A DNA stretch of 8,059 nt. It comes from a virus. Its lineage: Duplodnaviria; Heunggongvirae; Uroviricota; Caudoviricetes. How positions within the stretch are numbered: position 1 is the first letter of the stretch; each line of letters opens with the position of its first letter. The DNA lies in IMG/VR virus record IMGVR_UViG_2576861205_000005; one strand, written 5' to 3'. The notes beneath the pieces were generated by a model. That model was given only the letters and a program-made list of their open reading frames with translations, had not been told where the DNA came from and did not search any database. Both the position numbers and the translations under genes were made by a program. This document shows positions 7,757 to 8,059 of this stretch, one piece after another.

Positions 7757-7873
7757 GTCTGGTACATGGATATTGATACCACTGCCAATTATAAACTGGG
7801 CGGAGCACAGCAACACGATAGCGTACGCCTCGATCCGTGGGTGTTTATGTTCTCAGCAGGATATCGTTTTTAA
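7757..7873 (+). pseudogene. ompW: Displaced 3' end fragment of outer membrane protein W gene (ompW/yciD), at the prophage-host junction
   Basis: Translation ...VWYMDIDTTANYKLGGAQQHDSVRLDPWVFMFSAGYRF* matches the OmpW C-terminal beta-strand as I recall it, including the terminal aromatic. An in-frame TGA lies just upstream (7742-7744) and the sequence before ~7757 is AT-rich and non-coding, so only the 3' portion is present. Exact breakpoint not determined. Confidence 0.65.
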
Positions 7874-7887
7874 TTCCGCACAAAAAT

Positions 7888-7907
7888 GACCCCGTAATTA
7901 CGGGGTC
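7888..7907. terminator. Bidirectional Rho-independent terminator between convergent ompW fragment and downstream minus-strand gene
   Basis: GACCCCGTAATTACGGGGTC perfect palindrome, with AAAAAT upstream and AATAAGG downstream. Confidence 0.8.
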
Positions 7908-7931
7908 AATAAGGACATGGTATAAAGGGTA

Positions 7932-8059
7932 TTATTTCTTCGCTTCTACGCCATCAGTTTCAGAGCGAATTAAGAATTTCTCAGTTGTTTGCGGAATATG
8001 CTGAATTAGCCAGTCGGCCATGTGCTTTTCATCATTTAAAATCGCTTCGATAATCGGAA
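7932..8059 (-). CDS. yciE: 3' end of a convergent host gene, probably the DUF892/ferritin-like protein YciE (5'-partial; continues beyond the window)
   Basis: Minus-strand frame open to the window edge, ending ...PIIEAILNDEKHMADWLIQHIPQTTEKFLIRSETDGVEAKK* (stop is the reverse complement of 7932-7934). Convergent with ompW, as in the E. coli ompW-yciE arrangement from memory. Name assignment is from recollection only. Confidence 0.5.
   Translation of the reverse strand, partial: PIIEAILNDEKHMADWLIQHIPQTTEKFLIRSETDGVEAKK

Noticed and set aside
7560-7770. Lambda attB/attP core (GCTTTTTTATACTAA) as the integration site
   Set aside because: The exact core is not present in the junction region. 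Only a loose resemblance (gttttttgcttcaaa) is seen, and the flanking host gene is ompW-like rather than the gal-bio interval, so this is not att-lambda.

Overview
The window reads as the right (late) arm of a lambda-like prophage, running on the + strand into a prophage-host junction, probably in Escherichia/Enterobacteriaceae. In order: the 3' ~1.8 kb of the tail-tip host-specificity gene J; a lom outer-membrane-protein gene flanked by its own terminators; a long side tail fibre gene stf (Ala/Ser-rich shaft, 2.7 tandem 132-bp repeats, His-x-His-rich tip); and the tail fibre assembly gene tfa, start-coupled to stf by TAATG. Downstream of tfa sits the most interesting feature: an AT-rich (~35-43% GC against ~60% in J) minus-strand gene for a small class I SAM-dependent methyltransferase with no DNA-methyltransferase motifs. 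It is bracketed by ~215-bp direct repeats of the tfa 3' end plus a hairpin, and the second repeat forms a truncated Tfa C-domain ORF. Beyond that lie a small unassigned ORF, an AT-rich ~200-bp tract I read as the attachment-site arm, a displaced 3' fragment of ompW (from my recollection of OmpW's C-terminus), a bidirectional terminator and the convergent 3' end of a yciE-like gene. All protein identifications rest on reading the supplied translations and recalled family features; no database search was run.
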